From Trichoplax sp. H2 (taxonomy: Eukaryota): a stretch of DNA of 64,000 nucleotides. The stretch spans positions 62,001-126,000 of the forward strand of contig NOWV01000115.1 in the NCBI GenBank assembly GCA_003344405.1, given 5' to 3'. The stretch's first letter is position 1. The number at the start of each line of letters is the position of its first letter. Positions 28,354-42,750 of the stretch are shown here, one piece after another. Below the pieces are notes generated by a model, which was given only the letters and a program-made list of their open reading frames with translations, was not told the origin of the DNA and did no database searches. Made by a program: the position numbers and the translations under genes.

Positions 28354-31299
28354 CTGCCAAACCATCATGTCGCCATCTTTTCTTCTTCATTATTTTACAA
28401 GGTATTATATACATTATTATAAAATAAGGAAATATTAATCGGCATTTTGATTTGCTTATCGTATCGTAAAATAAGCCGTATCTAAGATCCCATCTACCAC
28501 TATAATACTGTCACTGCTTGACAATAAGCATCGCCAGTCTTATATAAAAGTGCAATTTTTCATACTTTATTGTCAATCTGGAATGTTAAAGTACCGGTAC
28601 TTAAAATCTATTAAAATCGCTTCCCTGAAGTATTTATGGTAGAGTAAGCTGGTATTTCATTTAATTAGTAAATATCTATATCAAGAGTGACTTTGCAGCT
28701 TCCTGCTAACTATAAGTATGAGGTATATTTTAATTACTCTTGACAATATTCTATTTGATGTAAAGTTAATTCATAGTAGTTTGTAACAAAGTCATTCAAT
28801 CAAAAAATGAAATTACTTGTTTAAATTTATTTTCAATTTTGAGTATAAACCTCATAAACTAGTGATTAACTTAGCAAATATAGTAGAATTAGAGAATTTG
28901 GGGCGTGAAAAGAAAGCGACCGGATTAAAATGAATTGATGCTAACTGGAGGGGACTGGAGCATCACCTGCATTAAATCGTATTGAGTGATTTTGCTTCTA
29001 TTCAATATTAATCCAATATTGTATACCATTGCAGTATATTTGCAGACGCTATGATTTCCTATTGATTACATTGGTTTATTTCCAAAGCATCGATGCATCT
29101 TATGTGATTGAAGATCTCTCTTGCTTCACTTCACTTATGTTTGATCAATTTGTAAGAATTAACAAAACACTGTCTTATCTCACAATAAGAATGGCCGATA
29201 TAGATAAAGCCTTCAAAATTCAAAACGTTTATTAAATCGCTATACAAATCACGTTCTGGGAATTCCATCGTAAATCACTTCTCCTCCCTCATGAGAGCAG
29301 TCTAAAAAGGCTAAGATAAACGGAATAATTATCCTAATATTTAGGACTATAAATCATCAGGCAGGTTACTATTACTTTCTATAGTACTTATGACTTCTAA
29401 CTAGAGTATTACTTAGCTAGTTAATACAGAAGGAATCTTGAAATTTACGCGGCACCAAAGTGATACACGATTATTCTAGCCTGCCGTTAAATTCAGAATT
29501 ATTATTTCTGTATTACAAGATCTCCTTATGAACTGCATAGTATTGGCGAAGGACTGGAGAAACCGAAGGTGATTTTATGTTCAGGGTTGATACAATGTCG
29601 GCCATGAAGTATATCTAGCTGATCAATTTCTAGCCGATTATTTAATTTAAGAATGGTACCCAATCCTATTCTATTGAATTTAATCTAAATGGCTTTTTAA
29701 AGAATTAAATCAATCTATGTTAGTTTTACACAGCACCACAACTTTGCTGAGTAGAAAAGCTATCCTTTTTATTAGATATGGCAGTTTTAGAATAGAAACA
29801 GTATAGTAAGTTTCAGTTTTTATTATCCTTCAGATGTTGCATTATGGGATGCGATTGAATTCCATTCTATGGGCGCTAGAGCGATTTCTTGGATCCAACA
29901 TCTGGATTTAGATTCTAGATTTAGAGTTTCATACCGGGAGTGTTCTGACAATTTCTGATTGAGGAGAATTTATAAACTTTTAAGAAGCTCATAAGATGCT
30001 ACTAACAAGTACTGAATGAAATTTCAGAATTATAAGCTACGCACAGATGGTACCCGATTGCATCAGGTCAGAGTGTCGTTTGTGTTTTTATGTCATCAAG
30101 TTGGACATTTGAAAGAATTTCGCATAATTTACGAATAGTATGAAAGAATAAGTACAAATGACTGCTATGGTTTAAACTAAATTTTATTCTTGTATTAAAT
30201 AATAAAACAGAGTTGATTATTTTGAATGAACCTCGGCAGGACAGTGACTGTTCTATATCTTAAGGTTATGATTGAGTTTATCTGTCTAGAATTTACTCAA
30301 CAGCAAGAATGTAAGCTGATTAATCGTTATAAACGTCACGATCAATTGGCTTCATGGAATTTTTAATTAAATAAACTTACCAGTAAAGTTAAGCATGATA
30401 AATTAATTAATCCAAAGATTATTCAAATAAGTTAGCATTGAAATGTCATAAAAGCTAGAGTCCATAAATTTCTTTCTGCAATCATATAAGAGTTGCAAAA
30501 TATCTTATAGAAATGCAACCACAGCTTTAACTTAGTATGCTATGTTGAATAAGTGAAGAAAATTATCTGTTACTGATTTACTGCGTTCTTTGACCTACGC
30601 AAGTTTCGAGATACATCAATCTACTCTTGCACAGGAATTATGTAACATCAGAAACTGCCTTCTAATTTAATGTAGTAAAAAGAATAGCGGCCCTTATAGA
30701 CTATGAATATCAACATGAGTTACTTTCATAGATTTATTTTTCAATAGTACTGCATTAATAATATTAATTAGAGACCTATTACAAAGATCAAAGTAGCAAT
30801 GTATGAGCATGTTAATTAAATCTAATAATAGATAAAATATGAAATAATTTTATCCACTTTAGTACAGCACGTTAAATACACATGCTAATACATTTTACTT
30901 ATCGGTCTTAAATAACGATTTTCATTTACTATTTTTTGTAATTTCATCGCAATAATCTTTACTGATTTAGGAAGAGATTGAAATAAATCAGATTTCTATT
31001 AAAGAGATAAAAATATTTACTATCGTAATTTTAAACTAAAGCTGCAACAAAATTGTGGCTCGTAATTAAATTGATCATCAAAGCCAGTTACTTCAACCTG
31101 GGGTTCTGAAATAAGGCCTAAACTCTTCCTATGCTGCTATCCTATATAAATTAACAAAATTGGACCACGTTTAAGGAATTTAATTTTTATTCTTAGCTGA
31201 TGCAGCAAATATTACTCTAATTAAAACAAAGACTTATAAGAGAAGAACTGTAATACTATTGTGATTAAGTTATTAATTAAAAAATTACATAGGAATAAA

Positions 31300-32427
31300 T
31301 TAGGTAATAGCTGATAATAATCTTATCATTTGAAACTTACTTATCCGTAATGAGAAAGTTTGATCAGCACGATCTGCTTCATTACATCGGCTGATGTAAC
31401 GTCGTAAAGGTAAAAAAAAGGAATGTAAAGGTTCACGAAAACGTTGAATATAATTAATATGAATGACAGGGCTGGTAATACCGGCTATTAACATTGCCAA
31501 ATTTTGTATAATAAAGCAGATACTGGTAATATTTTTGTGAAAGTATTGATTGCCCAACACAGTCATAGAAATAGAAATTAGCCATGTTACATTAAGTAAA
31601 AATTGAAGTAGAGATAGTTTACGAAGCATTTTGATAATATCTTTTTTTCGTTGGAACCCTGCATGAAATGATGAGTTCTGTTTCTCTAGATGGTTGGTAA
31701 TGGTAGAATTTGTCATAGATGAGATAGAGATAGTGCTGCTAAGGTGGACTGATATTCTGTAATGGCAGTAAGTCGTGATAATTGCAGGTAACACAACTAT
31801 TAAAGAGCATGAAATGAGTAAAAAACTTTGCTGTGTTCGATCTACTGTTAGTAGATCGCACAAATGGAAAATGGATTGTTGATTAACATTCGATTTCGCT
31901 GATGGAATAGCCCAAACTACACCAATACACCACAAAAGGATTAAAACTAATATAACCTGCCGATTTGCAAGGCGTCGACCATGGACTTCGGAATGTTTAA
32001 ATTTTTGATAGCGAGCAATGCTAATAAATATTAAACTACCATTTATAACTACATTAGCCGTAATAGCAAGAGGAATCAAGAAACCGCATACGGTATAACT
32101 GACCCAAGGTATTAAAGTAATAGAACGATATTGCAATAGTGTTATAAAGTCTGCAAGCGACAACGTGGTGGCTAATAAGATATTAGCTATAGCAAGGTTT
32201 GCTAAAGCAAAAAATACAGGTATTGTAGTATCAGCTTTATATTTAATAACATAAATGATAAAACTGTTCAAAAAGCAGCTTATTAAACCAACAGTGCTAT
32301 CAGCCAATAATTTGCACTGAAAAAAAATTAGCGGAATAGGCATTTCTAAAATTGTCGACGTTGAATTTGCATCGTAGTCATCGCTTAATTCCATTGTGTT
32401 CAAGCAAAATGTTGAATTAAAGGCCAT
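31300..32427 (-). CDS. Intronless orphan class A GPCR, array member 1
   Basis: 7 TM segments; FALANLAIANIL, VCGFLIPL, ISIARY, WCIG, VVLPAIITTYCH, SPVIH, RFREPL. The first ATG is at 32427; the ORF track start at 32436 is TTG. Confidence 0.9.
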   Translation of the reverse strand: MAFNSTFCLNTMELSDDYDANSTSTILEMPIPLIFFQCKLLADSTVGLISCFLNSFIIYVIKYKADTTIPVFFALANLAIANILLATTLSLADFITLLQYRSITLIPWVSYTVCGFLIPLAITANVVINGSLIFISIARYQKFKHSEVHGRRLANRQVILVLILLWCIGVVWAIPSAKSNVNQQSIFHLCDLLTVDRTQQSFLLISCSLIVVLPAIITTYCHYRISVHLSSTISISSMTNSTITNHLEKQNSSFHAGFQRKKDIIKMLRKLSLLQFLLNVTWLISISMTVLGNQYFHKNITSICFIIQNLAMLIAGITSPVIHINYIQRFREPLHSFFLPLRRYISRCNEADRADQTFSLRISKFQMIRLLSAIT

Positions 32428-34391
32428 CTTATCCAATAGATTACTTAGTACAAAACAAATATTTTATTGCTTAGCTTGCTAATAAAAGTCGGCTCAAGTT
32501 TTCCATTAACCATTCGAGCTATCCCTGAGCTTGTAACTAAATGAATTGATATTAAAGAATTTTACGAGCAATCATTACACAAGTTTACAATTATTTAAAA
32601 TTGCTTACTACTGACACTTCTCCACAAAACCATTTCAAAAAAATTCTATATGAATAACATAAAATTGGAATATTCCAATCATAAGTCGCCACTGCCTCAA
32701 AATTAATTCATTAATCGACGTCATTGCGAAACTAAATTACGTAGTCATAAACATCAAGACATCATTTTATCGGTGTCTTTTCATCAGTAATATTAATTTA
32801 ATACCTGTCAACGATAATCAAACGAATTATTTACAAGGCAGTTAGCAATTCAATTGACATTCTACGTGTATGAAAATTTCGATTTTGGGTTGGTTGCAGT
32901 ATTAATATCGCAGCTTTAATGACTTAAATAAAGCTCACAAAAGAATCTGTTTCTGTGTCAGTAAGAATTCTATTTCATGAAATTAAATGACTGCTTAAAT
33001 TTACTGAATTCAATGATGTATCATTTAAAAGGAATCAATTAATTTTACATTATCATTAGAATAATATTTAACTTCTTGAATTAATAAATCTAGCCTTAAG
33101 CTGCCTTTCATCACTAGAAAAATACGACCAATTTTTGTATCAATCAGCTTTAGTTATTCACAGAAAGCGGTAGCAAAATTTATTCAATATAATTCAATAA
33201 ATGTCTAGCTTACTAAACAAAAGGAAATTAATTCGTATAATAACATTGTCCACTTATTGAAGGAAATAAAGATAAATCCGTGGTAGCATTTACTCAAAAT
33301 AATTGAACCTTGAGAAGCAAATCCGAAAAATGTAATATTTCTTATTACCTACGTAATAAAAGATCTTCTGCTAAATATTCGCTAATAAACACATATCAAC
33401 AAAACAATTAGATTTTCATGCAAGCCCAGGGATAACATCTATCTAAAATATGGTAGCTTCGTTACAACTAATATTTCATAAAAGAATCCATTGTTTCATA
33501 AAGTAAAGTTTTTCATCGAACTTTTACCTATGGAAATCGCTATGTACTCTTACTTACAAAAGCAATTCTAAAGTAAATAAATTTCAAAGGTAGTATTTAC
33601 TTAACGCATTCATATCCGGTCTAGAGCATTAGTAACTTTCCCATCATATAATTATTGTCCTCGCAATTTCTTGAGTAAATCGGTAAATTTTTTCAATCAT
33701 AGCTGTCCAGCTACTTGAAGTTAATAAAATAATAATTTTAATTAACTGAGGTTACGCTGTCATTTAAAAATTATCATATGGATCAGCATTATTTGTCCAA
33801 TAAGTTATAGAAATTATCTGATTATAATTTGCTTATCAGATGAGTGCATCAAAAATGCAGATAGTTTCATTTTGGTGATAAAAGTAAAAGATGGCCATAA
33901 ATTATAGCATCTGAGTCTTATAGAAATAGATTAAATTTTCTGAAAGTACTCGTTCAGATATATTCGACCATATAAAAGGGAGACATTTTGTGCATTTCAA
34001 ACCCTTAATGAAGTTTAAGATCAATAAAATGAGTTTTCATCGATTTTCAGGAAGATGTAGAAGGAATTTACGATGGGGCAGCCGGATATCAATTTTACTA
34101 GGAACAGATGAAAGTCTGTAGTCCTTTGTTTATGAAAAATACAGTATCCAAGGATTGTAAATTTTTGCGTTACTATAGCGAATAGCATTATTTCATATCA
34201 ATTATAATCATGAAAGTAAAATTTCGAATCAAGCTGTCATAATCATGAGTGGGCATAGGAAGAATGAAAACATTATGAAACCATAATGAAATCAGCTTTA
34301 GAATTTCATTTTGATGTGGTCATTGTCCAGTTTTGTATTACGCAGTTCCATTATTTGAATCAGTTATCGTCATCTATTTTATCATGCATGC

Positions 34392-34945
34392 TGTGATATA
34401 TACCGATCACGAAATTCCAAATTTTAGAAAAATAAGGGCTTTATTGAATCTTATACAAAGATTAACTACACACAGCTCTACTCTAGCCGAATACTACTAC
34501 TAAAGACTTCTACAACGAACTGACAGAATAATCTAAGGTTGCATGCTTTTATATTTTTCATAGCATTCGCGGCTACAATCCGCATGGCAACCTTTTACCT
34601 TATTTTACACATAGTTAAATTATTCTTAGTAAGACTATTCTACTGCGGACCATCATTAATCCGATATGGATACGACTACAGTATTTACGTAGACATTCTT
34701 CACACCAGCCAAAGTACAATGAATTAACTATATCCTAATATATGATTTGCAGTTCTATTTTTACCTATAACCTTATTAGTAACTCAACACCTTACTGTAT
34801 ATATAGTCATCTGTACTCTAGCATAGAGTCTATACCACTACAGGATATAGTTATGGCTACCAAATATATCCTAGGATAAATATCTCCCGTACATTATACT
34901 ACACATGGCTAACAGTCTACAATCACAATACTAAGTTACATTACA
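34392..34945 (-). mobile_element. Solo-LTR-like element, family A (554 bp)
   Basis: TGTGA...TTACA; flanks CATGC/TATGC; reverse-strand AATAAA (~34440) and TATA (~34547); near-identical to 46577-47133. Confidence 0.88.
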
Positions 34946-36532
34946 TATGCTTATTATTATAATATGCATATTAATCGTAATAGAAGAAAAATCATCATGA
35001 TATTATTAAAATATTTCGACCACTTTATGTTTGATACCATCAACATCAAACTTACTAAAGTTTGCATTCTTTGGCAATAGACACATTAACTTAAATTTGG
35101 TATTTTATAAAACAACTTTGATTCATCAATGTCGAAGCAAGATCATAATAGCAGTTTATATATTATTTAATGTAAGAATATGAATATCACCAAAGGTAGA
35201 ATTTCGATCTTAAGTTCTGCGACGGAAATAAATTTTGATCGACCTCTCTTACTCTAGAGCTTTTATTTATGAATCCTTATTTGGAAGTATTTCCTTCCTT
35301 TATATTTATGATTATTATCGATACCAAGTCTCGACCTCAAATTTAGATTTACAAGAAACCTATCAATTGATGGCATCTCTCAAAATGTATATATCGTTAA
35401 GTCTATAATTTTCGCATGAAACTTTTATTAAGCTATAATGTAGAAGTGTCATAATGCTATTCAAGTATTACCATATAACTTTTCATCAGCAACAGAACTA
35501 TAAAATTATATTTTGTAAGCAAGTTAAAAAGCTTAATAAACAGCGATAGGATGAGTGCGAGTAAATTTTTTTCTACAGGCGATAATCAAGGGATGTTAGG
35601 TGAAAATGTGAATAAAAATATACTAAAACATAGCTGTAAAATTTCGATTATTTGGTATAGTATTAACATGGAAATCTATTTCGGACATTCATATAATTTA
35701 TGTTATCTTTATTTCCAGTATAAGACACTTTCGTGGAGTTAAGGTAACATCTATTGTTAGGATCGGAATAAAAAATATTCAGCTTAATATAATTAATGCC
35801 TAACGTCTAATAGGCAAAATGATATATTGTTATCACTATTTCTTAATAAGGCTACTAAAGCCGAATGTAACAATTTATATAAAGCCCCAGTGCAAATGTC
35901 AAAGATGGCAACAAAGCAAGATCATTACGGTTTTTTATATCTAATGTGAATAATGCATGATTTAGTCTCTATCTAAATACAGTCCGGATATTAAATTTCA
36001 AATATACCTTTCATGCAATTAATGATAACTAAAAAAGTTCATAATATCAACGAGTAATATGCTAATTATTGCTCCTGAGTACTACTATAGAAGTCATCAT
36101 GAGTGGGAATAATGGAAAAGTTTAATGTAATTTATATTCTGATGACCATTAAATAAATGAATTGAAAGGTATTACTATGCTAGCTTGATACTGCATAATG
36201 ACTAATATTTAGCCTTTATCATGTTTGTTGCATGTTGTAACGGTCACATATCACAAAGGTCTTCTTGGCGAATTAGATATACTCGATAAATACTTCATTG
36301 TTTGAGTGAAATTAAAATGCTACTGCTATGGCTACCTCGCTACAAATAATATCAAGTAATTGAAGACGGTATTAAAAAAATTTGACCTTTTTATCATACC
36401 TTTTAAATAATTTAATATATCATTGTTATTGACGTAAAGTTGCTACTTCCATTATTCTAAGATGTACAATCTATTTTTGCAGTGTTAATATCATTTCTTT
36501 ACCATAATTTCGAAAGTAATTATCTGACAGAT

Positions 36533-37081
36533 TGTCACAATTTAAACTCTGCGACTATGAAATATGCAGTATAAGTCTATAAGTAACGACTGACTTAAAA
36601 CGCTCCTTTAATAAGCGTTAAGCACACCCTATAAAGTACCGTAAAGATAAAACTTTTATTAGCATAGACATTTTCATAACTTTTCACCATGCAACTCTAC
36701 TCAAATATTCCTGTTTACATAGGAACTGTCCAATTTGTAAACGACTACAGTATTATTATTAAACCTTATTAGGAGAGACATCTCGACCTGAGATGCTTCT
36801 TACATTGCTTTTCTATCAGTAAGTATTTTTAATCTATTACTCATACTTAATCTCAATCTAAGTACATATATTGTCTAGTTCAACTATCATTAGCTAGAGC
36901 TTAAACCATTGCACTACTATACACATAACAATAATCAATACCAAGTATCTAGTAAACTATCACAAATAATATCCTCGTTAAGGTATTACTTATCTTACCT
37001 ACCATTACAAATATGGATATTGCCCCTATTGGCTATTACCGTACTATTACACTATCCTAACGGTAAGGTAACACCGTAAAA
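36533..37081 (-). mobile_element. Solo-LTR-like element, family F, internally shortened (549 bp)
   Basis: TGTCACA...CCGTAAAA (versus CCGTAACA at 4629); flanks CAGAT/TAGAT; colinear with 3656-3680 plus ~4110-4629. Confidence 0.78.
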
Positions 37082-37424
37082 TAGATTAATATTATCTTGT
37101 CTATCTCATGACAGCAAGACCATCACTAGCTATAAATAATTCATTAGATTTTAGTTAAATTAGCTGAATAACATCTTCATAATTAAAAATTGCACATATT
37201 AGTGTTACTGTTGGTCTATGCTTTGGGTGGATAAGATAGTAATTTTTAATTCTTATTTTAGACTTGTAGAATTTACTGTGAAAATAAATACAGGAAACGC
37301 AGAATCTATCCATGTTTTAGTTACTACAATAATAAGGTAGCTATGCAATCATAATTGATGATTTTTAGTTAGCATTCAACTTTTGGTGTTAATACTTATT
37401 AAGTATTCTAGGTTACAATTACAA

Positions 37425-38444
37425 TCAAGATCTTTGTTTAAACTGATAACATTGGCGTATGTTAAAGCAATATAGCTCTAACGGACGTCGAAATTTTTTA
37501 ATCTTGACTATATACAGTATTGGGCCATTAAGGCAAGCCATAACTGTAGAAATATATTGTAGTGTAAAACTGAGTCCTACTACATAGGGATTCCATTTTC
37601 GAGCATAACCAATTTTTGTGCTGTATGAACCGACGAATGAAAGAAAGTAAAAGGTAAGTTGCAACACTGTTAATAGTCGCAGCATTTGAAGAGTCTCCAA
37701 TACAAGTTGATTCGGTTGTGTATTAATCAACAGCGGTTGAACACGAGCTGTTCGCATTGATCTACCATAAAACTGATGTTGATGGCTTCTTAATTTAACC
37801 ATTAAAATGAGATGAAATACTAAAGTAATAGCGAAAGGAACAAGGATATTAAGACCACTTAAAATTAATACCCAACTTCTACCATTTTGCGATACTGCAT
37901 AGGCTGTACACATATTTCTAACGGTGCTTTTGGGCATTAAAAGAAATGATGGAGGATAATTATAAAGGATACCTATAATCCAGATACAAAGCAAAATCAC
38001 TGACGATTTCACTCGCGATATCTGCCGCGTTATATTTGTTGTTCCTGTTAATACGTAATATCGTTCATAAGCAATAAAAGCCAGCGTACCATTAGCTGCG
38101 ACTATAGCAGTAATAGACATTGGCATAATAAAACCACACAGAAAATACTTTATTATTTCTGAGCGATACTGAGAAGGAGAATTAAAATCTATTAACATCA
38201 TCAGAGTCATCAATGGATAAAATATTGCTAACATAAGATTAGAAACAGCTAGATTAGTTAATGCATAGTAAGATGATTTTCTCTCTCTTTTTTGCTGATA
38301 GATTACACAAATAACATATAGGTTAGCCAAAATTCCTAGTAAACTCATTGCCAAAGCGATGCTGATCGTAAGATGGAGGATAATAACGGGAAAGGGTGGC
38401 GAGATAAAATTAACGGTAGTAAAGCTAGTTGTATTTTCTTCCAT
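37425..38444 (-). CDS. Intronless orphan class A GPCR, array member 2
   Basis: 7 TM segments; YALTNLAVSNLM, LCGFIMPM, IAYERY, WIIG, NILVPF, GPILY, KKFRRPL. The first ATG is at 38444. Confidence 0.92.
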   Translation of the reverse strand: MEENTTSFTTVNFISPPFPVIILHLTISIALAMSLLGILANLYVICVIYQQKRERKSSYYALTNLAVSNLMLAIFYPLMTLMMLIDFNSPSQYRSEIIKYFLCGFIMPMSITAIVAANGTLAFIAYERYYVLTGTTNITRQISRVKSSVILLCIWIIGILYNYPPSFLLMPKSTVRNMCTAYAVSQNGRSWVLILSGLNILVPFAITLVFHLILMVKLRSHQHQFYGRSMRTARVQPLLINTQPNQLVLETLQMLRLLTVLQLTFYFLSFVGSYSTKIGYARKWNPYVVGLSFTLQYISTVMACLNGPILYIVKIKKFRRPLELYCFNIRQCYQFKQRS

Positions 38445-40095
38445 CGATATCAATTGAAAAAGTTGCAGATTAGATGATTAAATTTCCTAATTTCTCGATT
38501 CCTAATAAGATGCTCTATTGAATTAACTGACAAGAACCGCGATAAATGAAGCTCATTTAACAAACAGTGTATTATATGCTTATTCAAGAATAATAACTTG
38601 CTTAAAGCTATCAATGCATTAAAAGTGTAGTTGTCCTTAGTATCATTGTGGGTACTCTATCTAACGGTAAGAATAAATAATTCTCTAATGGAAGCCAAGT
38701 TCGTACATTTACTCACGTTTATCAAATTGAATAGGCAGATTATATTATTTGATTATATGACGCCTTAGGAAGTCTTCATTTTGCTCTTATAAATAACAAA
38801 AAATTTCGATGACTTCCATCACTTATATTTTTGTCTTCCGTATACAATAGTTTGTTTCATTGAAAATAAGTTACGAAATCATCAAGATTAGGAAGCTCGA
38901 TGACATTGTGTTATGAAGATTATGACAAAAACAAATGAAAATGTTTTCAAATGACATTTAATAACGAATACATTCAGTTGCCGTTATTGGAAAAAAGTAG
39001 CTTTGTATAAACTACCACGGTGTATGATATCTTAACAATGTAAGTAAAAATAGGCATGATATTTCCAGACTTTCAGTCTTGCAATCCCTCAATTGAACTT
39101 TTTATTAAAAACATCAAAGTAGTATTAATGTAAAGCAAGCAGAAGAATAATATTACAAATTGCATCTTAAAATTACATTATTTTATAATCTTACCCGCAT
39201 TTCTCAATAGTAGCGGCACCTTTAACTCAGTGTTTCAGATTGAAAAACGAATACAAGATCTTATAAATGTATTTTTAGGTGCTATTTACAAAATGATTTT
39301 ACTAATTAATAATCTGAAACAATACTATTTATCTTTAGCCGTTAAATATTCATGCATCAGTAAGTTCAAGTATGACGTATTACATAACAATTATTTTATC
39401 AATCTTTCAAATAGTCAAATAAAAGTTATAAAATAGTATATATCACTGGATAATAGATTTGCCGTAAGTCTTCGTTCGAAGAGGCATGATACACAATAAA
39501 GTACCGTGCCATATATAAGCAAAGTATTAATTAATAATGTAACACCTTTAATGCAATTGATTAGATTTTGTGCTATCGGAAATTGCAAGAAAGTTGTAAA
39601 CATTAGCGTACTTTTAACTCTTTGCAATTGTAAAGGGGTTAGCAACAGTGACAGTGATAGGGCTGTATGAAATCTAACGCCATCAGCGATACTAAAATCT
39701 ATATAGTCTATTCTGATAAAATTTAGAATTCTATTAGATTCAAGATTTTTCAAAAATCTATACCGTGATCTGTTTACTAAGATAGGTTTTTGTTTACTGA
39801 CGGATAATATTAGTTACTCGTTATTATAATAACAAGAAAACTTTCATTGCTTACGATTACAGAGATAAAATATTCGACGGAGATTTTTATAATAGCAAAA
39901 CTCATTCATCTAAGCTACATCATAGCAGGGATAGGACTTATCCACCACCTTTGGAAATATTCTTCAATATGAAGTAATCTAATAAAAAAGAGTTTATCGT
40001 TTCGTAGTTATAAAGCAGCTAACGATAATAGTTTATGTCAATTGAAATTGTTTATAACTGTTTTAGACCGTTGAATTCCATGATATATACGTCGG

Positions 40096-40377
40096 TGTTG
40101 CGGTGCTTTACCACCGTAAGGTAATTACTTAACGTAGAAAAAGATTAGAGATTAGTTTAAGAATACACCAGCGGCCGCTCTAAGAGAGGATAAAAGGAGC
40201 TAGCTCACAACTACTAGTTATTCCGAAATTCAGTAGTCATAAAGGCTCGTCAAGCGATATAATAAACTTTTGAACTGAACACTTTTCGTGTAATTGATTG
40301 CCTATACGCATTCCGAGTGCATTAGGACATTAGTTACTAGAGGAGTGAAGCGTTCAGAAAGAAGAAAATTTATGACA
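40096..40377 (+). mobile_element. Solo-LTR-like element, family H (282 bp)
   Basis: TGTTG...TATGACA with a perfect GTCGG TSD (40091-40095 / 40378-40382); GATAAAAG at ~40189 and AATAAA at 40261. Confidence 0.75.
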
Positions 40378-41850
40378 GTCGGATAGCAACAAAATATCAT
40401 ATACGAGAATTTGTTATCTTAAAATTACTTTGCAATAAGGACTAGTAGTAGTCTTCAGAAACGGGAGTTTTTATTCCCTTTATACTGCTACACTGCAATT
40501 TTAGTACGCTGTAGTTATCCTTTCACAATAGTTACTGCCCGTATCCACTCTTGTGTTTTCTTGAGTAGGATAAACTAACATCATTATTGGCGGGTATGTA
40601 TTACAAAAGATCTGCAAGATAAACTTTATAATTTGACTTTACAAAACTTTTGATTGTCGCTGCGAAATTGATATATATAATAGATACTTTCAATCACTAG
40701 TACATAAATTTTCTTTACCGGAAGTAACGTTGTCCTAAACTCTTAATATTAGAACTATATCAATTTTGCATGATGCAATTTGATACATGAAAATGTATTC
40801 ATCTGTAACAGATAATTCACTAACTATGGTATACTAAAATATATTATAATATTTCACTGGATAAAAACTATCTGCTATACGTTATCATTTGAAGGGCTGT
40901 ATGCAAATATTGTACTGGAAGTGTATCGCTGACGATCAAATAAGATAGATATAGATTGGTGTTTTAATTCTGATATTAGTGCTATCACTAGTATTTGTTA
41001 TTATGCAAAAGACAAATAGAACATTGAGCTTTACATAATAATGGAAGATATATCAGAACCTTTCGATTTCAGCATGAAGATCTAATCGGTTGATAATTAT
41101 GAATCCTGGCATCAGACAAATTGGAGATGACGAGAATTTATGGTTTGGGAATATAGGTAAATTGTCGTTAATCACAAGACGCGCGTATATAATCGCTATA
41201 ACTAGGTGGAAAACATAGAGTAATTTCCCTATCCGGTATAGGATTGTAAAAGTATCTCACTAAATGATTATCTTAATCAAGATAGAATTTAAATAAAGGC
41301 TTTTATTACACAGTTCAAAAATAGTAGAGAAATAATTTATTATAATAAGAGTCTACTCTAATTATTCCGAGCTCGAAGTGAAATAGAACCAAATAAAAAC
41401 TCATCTCTGCATTTCTTACATAAAATTTGCTTAATATGTTTACGGGAAAAAATTGTTTCCTACTATCAGAAATGAATTAATTAGAAGAAATTTTTATAAA
41501 GTGATCATCAATATGTTTTGTAGTACCAGTCAATCTGCTTAAAACATCAATACTCTTCTATGAATGTTGAACACTGAAAGGTGCTAGGCATCTTTACAAT
41601 TGCAGTAACTGAAGTCGTATACCATAAGTAGTTACCTGTCTAATATAAATATTCGACAATTTCTAATATTTTAAATAATAATCCTCTCGTATTGGCATTA
41701 GAATAACATCTTTTTTTATAAGTATCTCAAATTTAGCTATTAATGGAATCAACTGTAAGGGTATCAAGTATACCGGTATAACAATCAGCCTGCGCATATT
41801 ATAGCCAGGTACACAAAAATTATTGTAATTAGCTGAAATCACTATGTTAC

Positions 41851-42451
41851 TGTTACGGTTTAAGATATTATGTGATAATGTTATTGAAGTAGAAGTAGAC
41901 GGTTACGATTAGATAATCATAAATATTATGATCTGTTAATATTGCGAGGTTCAATCGTTAATGGACTTCCGTTAACGAATGTGTAGAAGTAAGGTACTTA
42001 ATATGCCAATGACGTGTAATAACCAAAATGGCGGTTGTCACACTGGTAGGGAATCTGTTAGATCTTAAATTGTTAATTGGCGCTATAATATTATTAGCGC
42101 ATAATAATATCAATTATCACATATTTGTTCGATAGTAATTATTAGGATTACAAAGTTATAGAAAAGACTAAGTTATGTATAAGAACAATTAACAGGTGGA
42201 AAAGGTGTAGATTTGATACAAGTATATAAGAGGTTGTAATTTACCTCGCTAGAGAGGAGGAAAATACGGAGACCTAATAAAGTTAGTTTAGTAAATTTAT
42301 CCAGACGCTTCTAATCCGCCTTTACTGTTGACCGAGGTCCTTCGCTGAAGTGGAGCGAGTAGTGACGCCTGGTAGCAGTTTTACTGTAGGACAGAGGAGA
42401 GTAGGATAAGTGTGGAACGGGAATCCGATTGTTGCAAACGACGTTGTGACA
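41851..42451 (+). mobile_element. Solo-LTR-like element, family G (601 bp)
   Basis: TGTTAC...GTGACA with a perfect GTTAC TSD (41846-41850 / 42452-42456); TATATAA at 42223 and AATAAA at 42276. Confidence 0.82.
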
Positions 42452-42469
42452 GTTACCGTATCCTAATTC

Positions 42470-42750
42470 TTGGAATTTCGAATTACTTATGTGATTTAAA
42501 TTCAAATGAAAGATTATGCCAATATACAACAAGCTTAAAATTAGCTAAATATTCGTAATATTATATGATTTATGTGTTATAGCAAGTTGCTATAGTGAAA
42601 ACATACCTAAAATAAATTATTTTATTCTAACATACATGCTCTTTAAATTTATAAGATTACAAGCGAGAATACTCGCTGAGCAACAATACAATTTCATATC
42701 CTAACTCTAACCCTGACTTTTAAATACATATTCGAATTTTTACTGTCGTT
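42470..42750. repeat. Old dispersed or segmental repeat, paralogous to 53470-53750
   Basis: Shared colinear blocks AACAAGCT.AAAATTAGC, AAATTATT..ATT.TAACATAC, TACAATTTCATATCCTAAC.CTAACCCT, ATTTTTACTGT. Confidence 0.75.

Noticed and set aside
29480-30070. Slightly GC-richer patches with AG/GT-bounded open frames
   Set aside because: Could not be joined into a coherent or recognisable protein; possibly exon or TE remnants but unsupported.
34539-34727. 62-aa hydrophobic ORF repeated at 46724-46912
   Set aside because: Starts at TTG and lies antisense within family A LTRs; the conservation is explained by the repeat, and haplotype 2 deletes its end.
39415-39753. 112-aa hydrophobic minus-strand ORF between GPCRs
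   Set aside because: TTG start and none of the array's motifs; cannot be assigned without a search.
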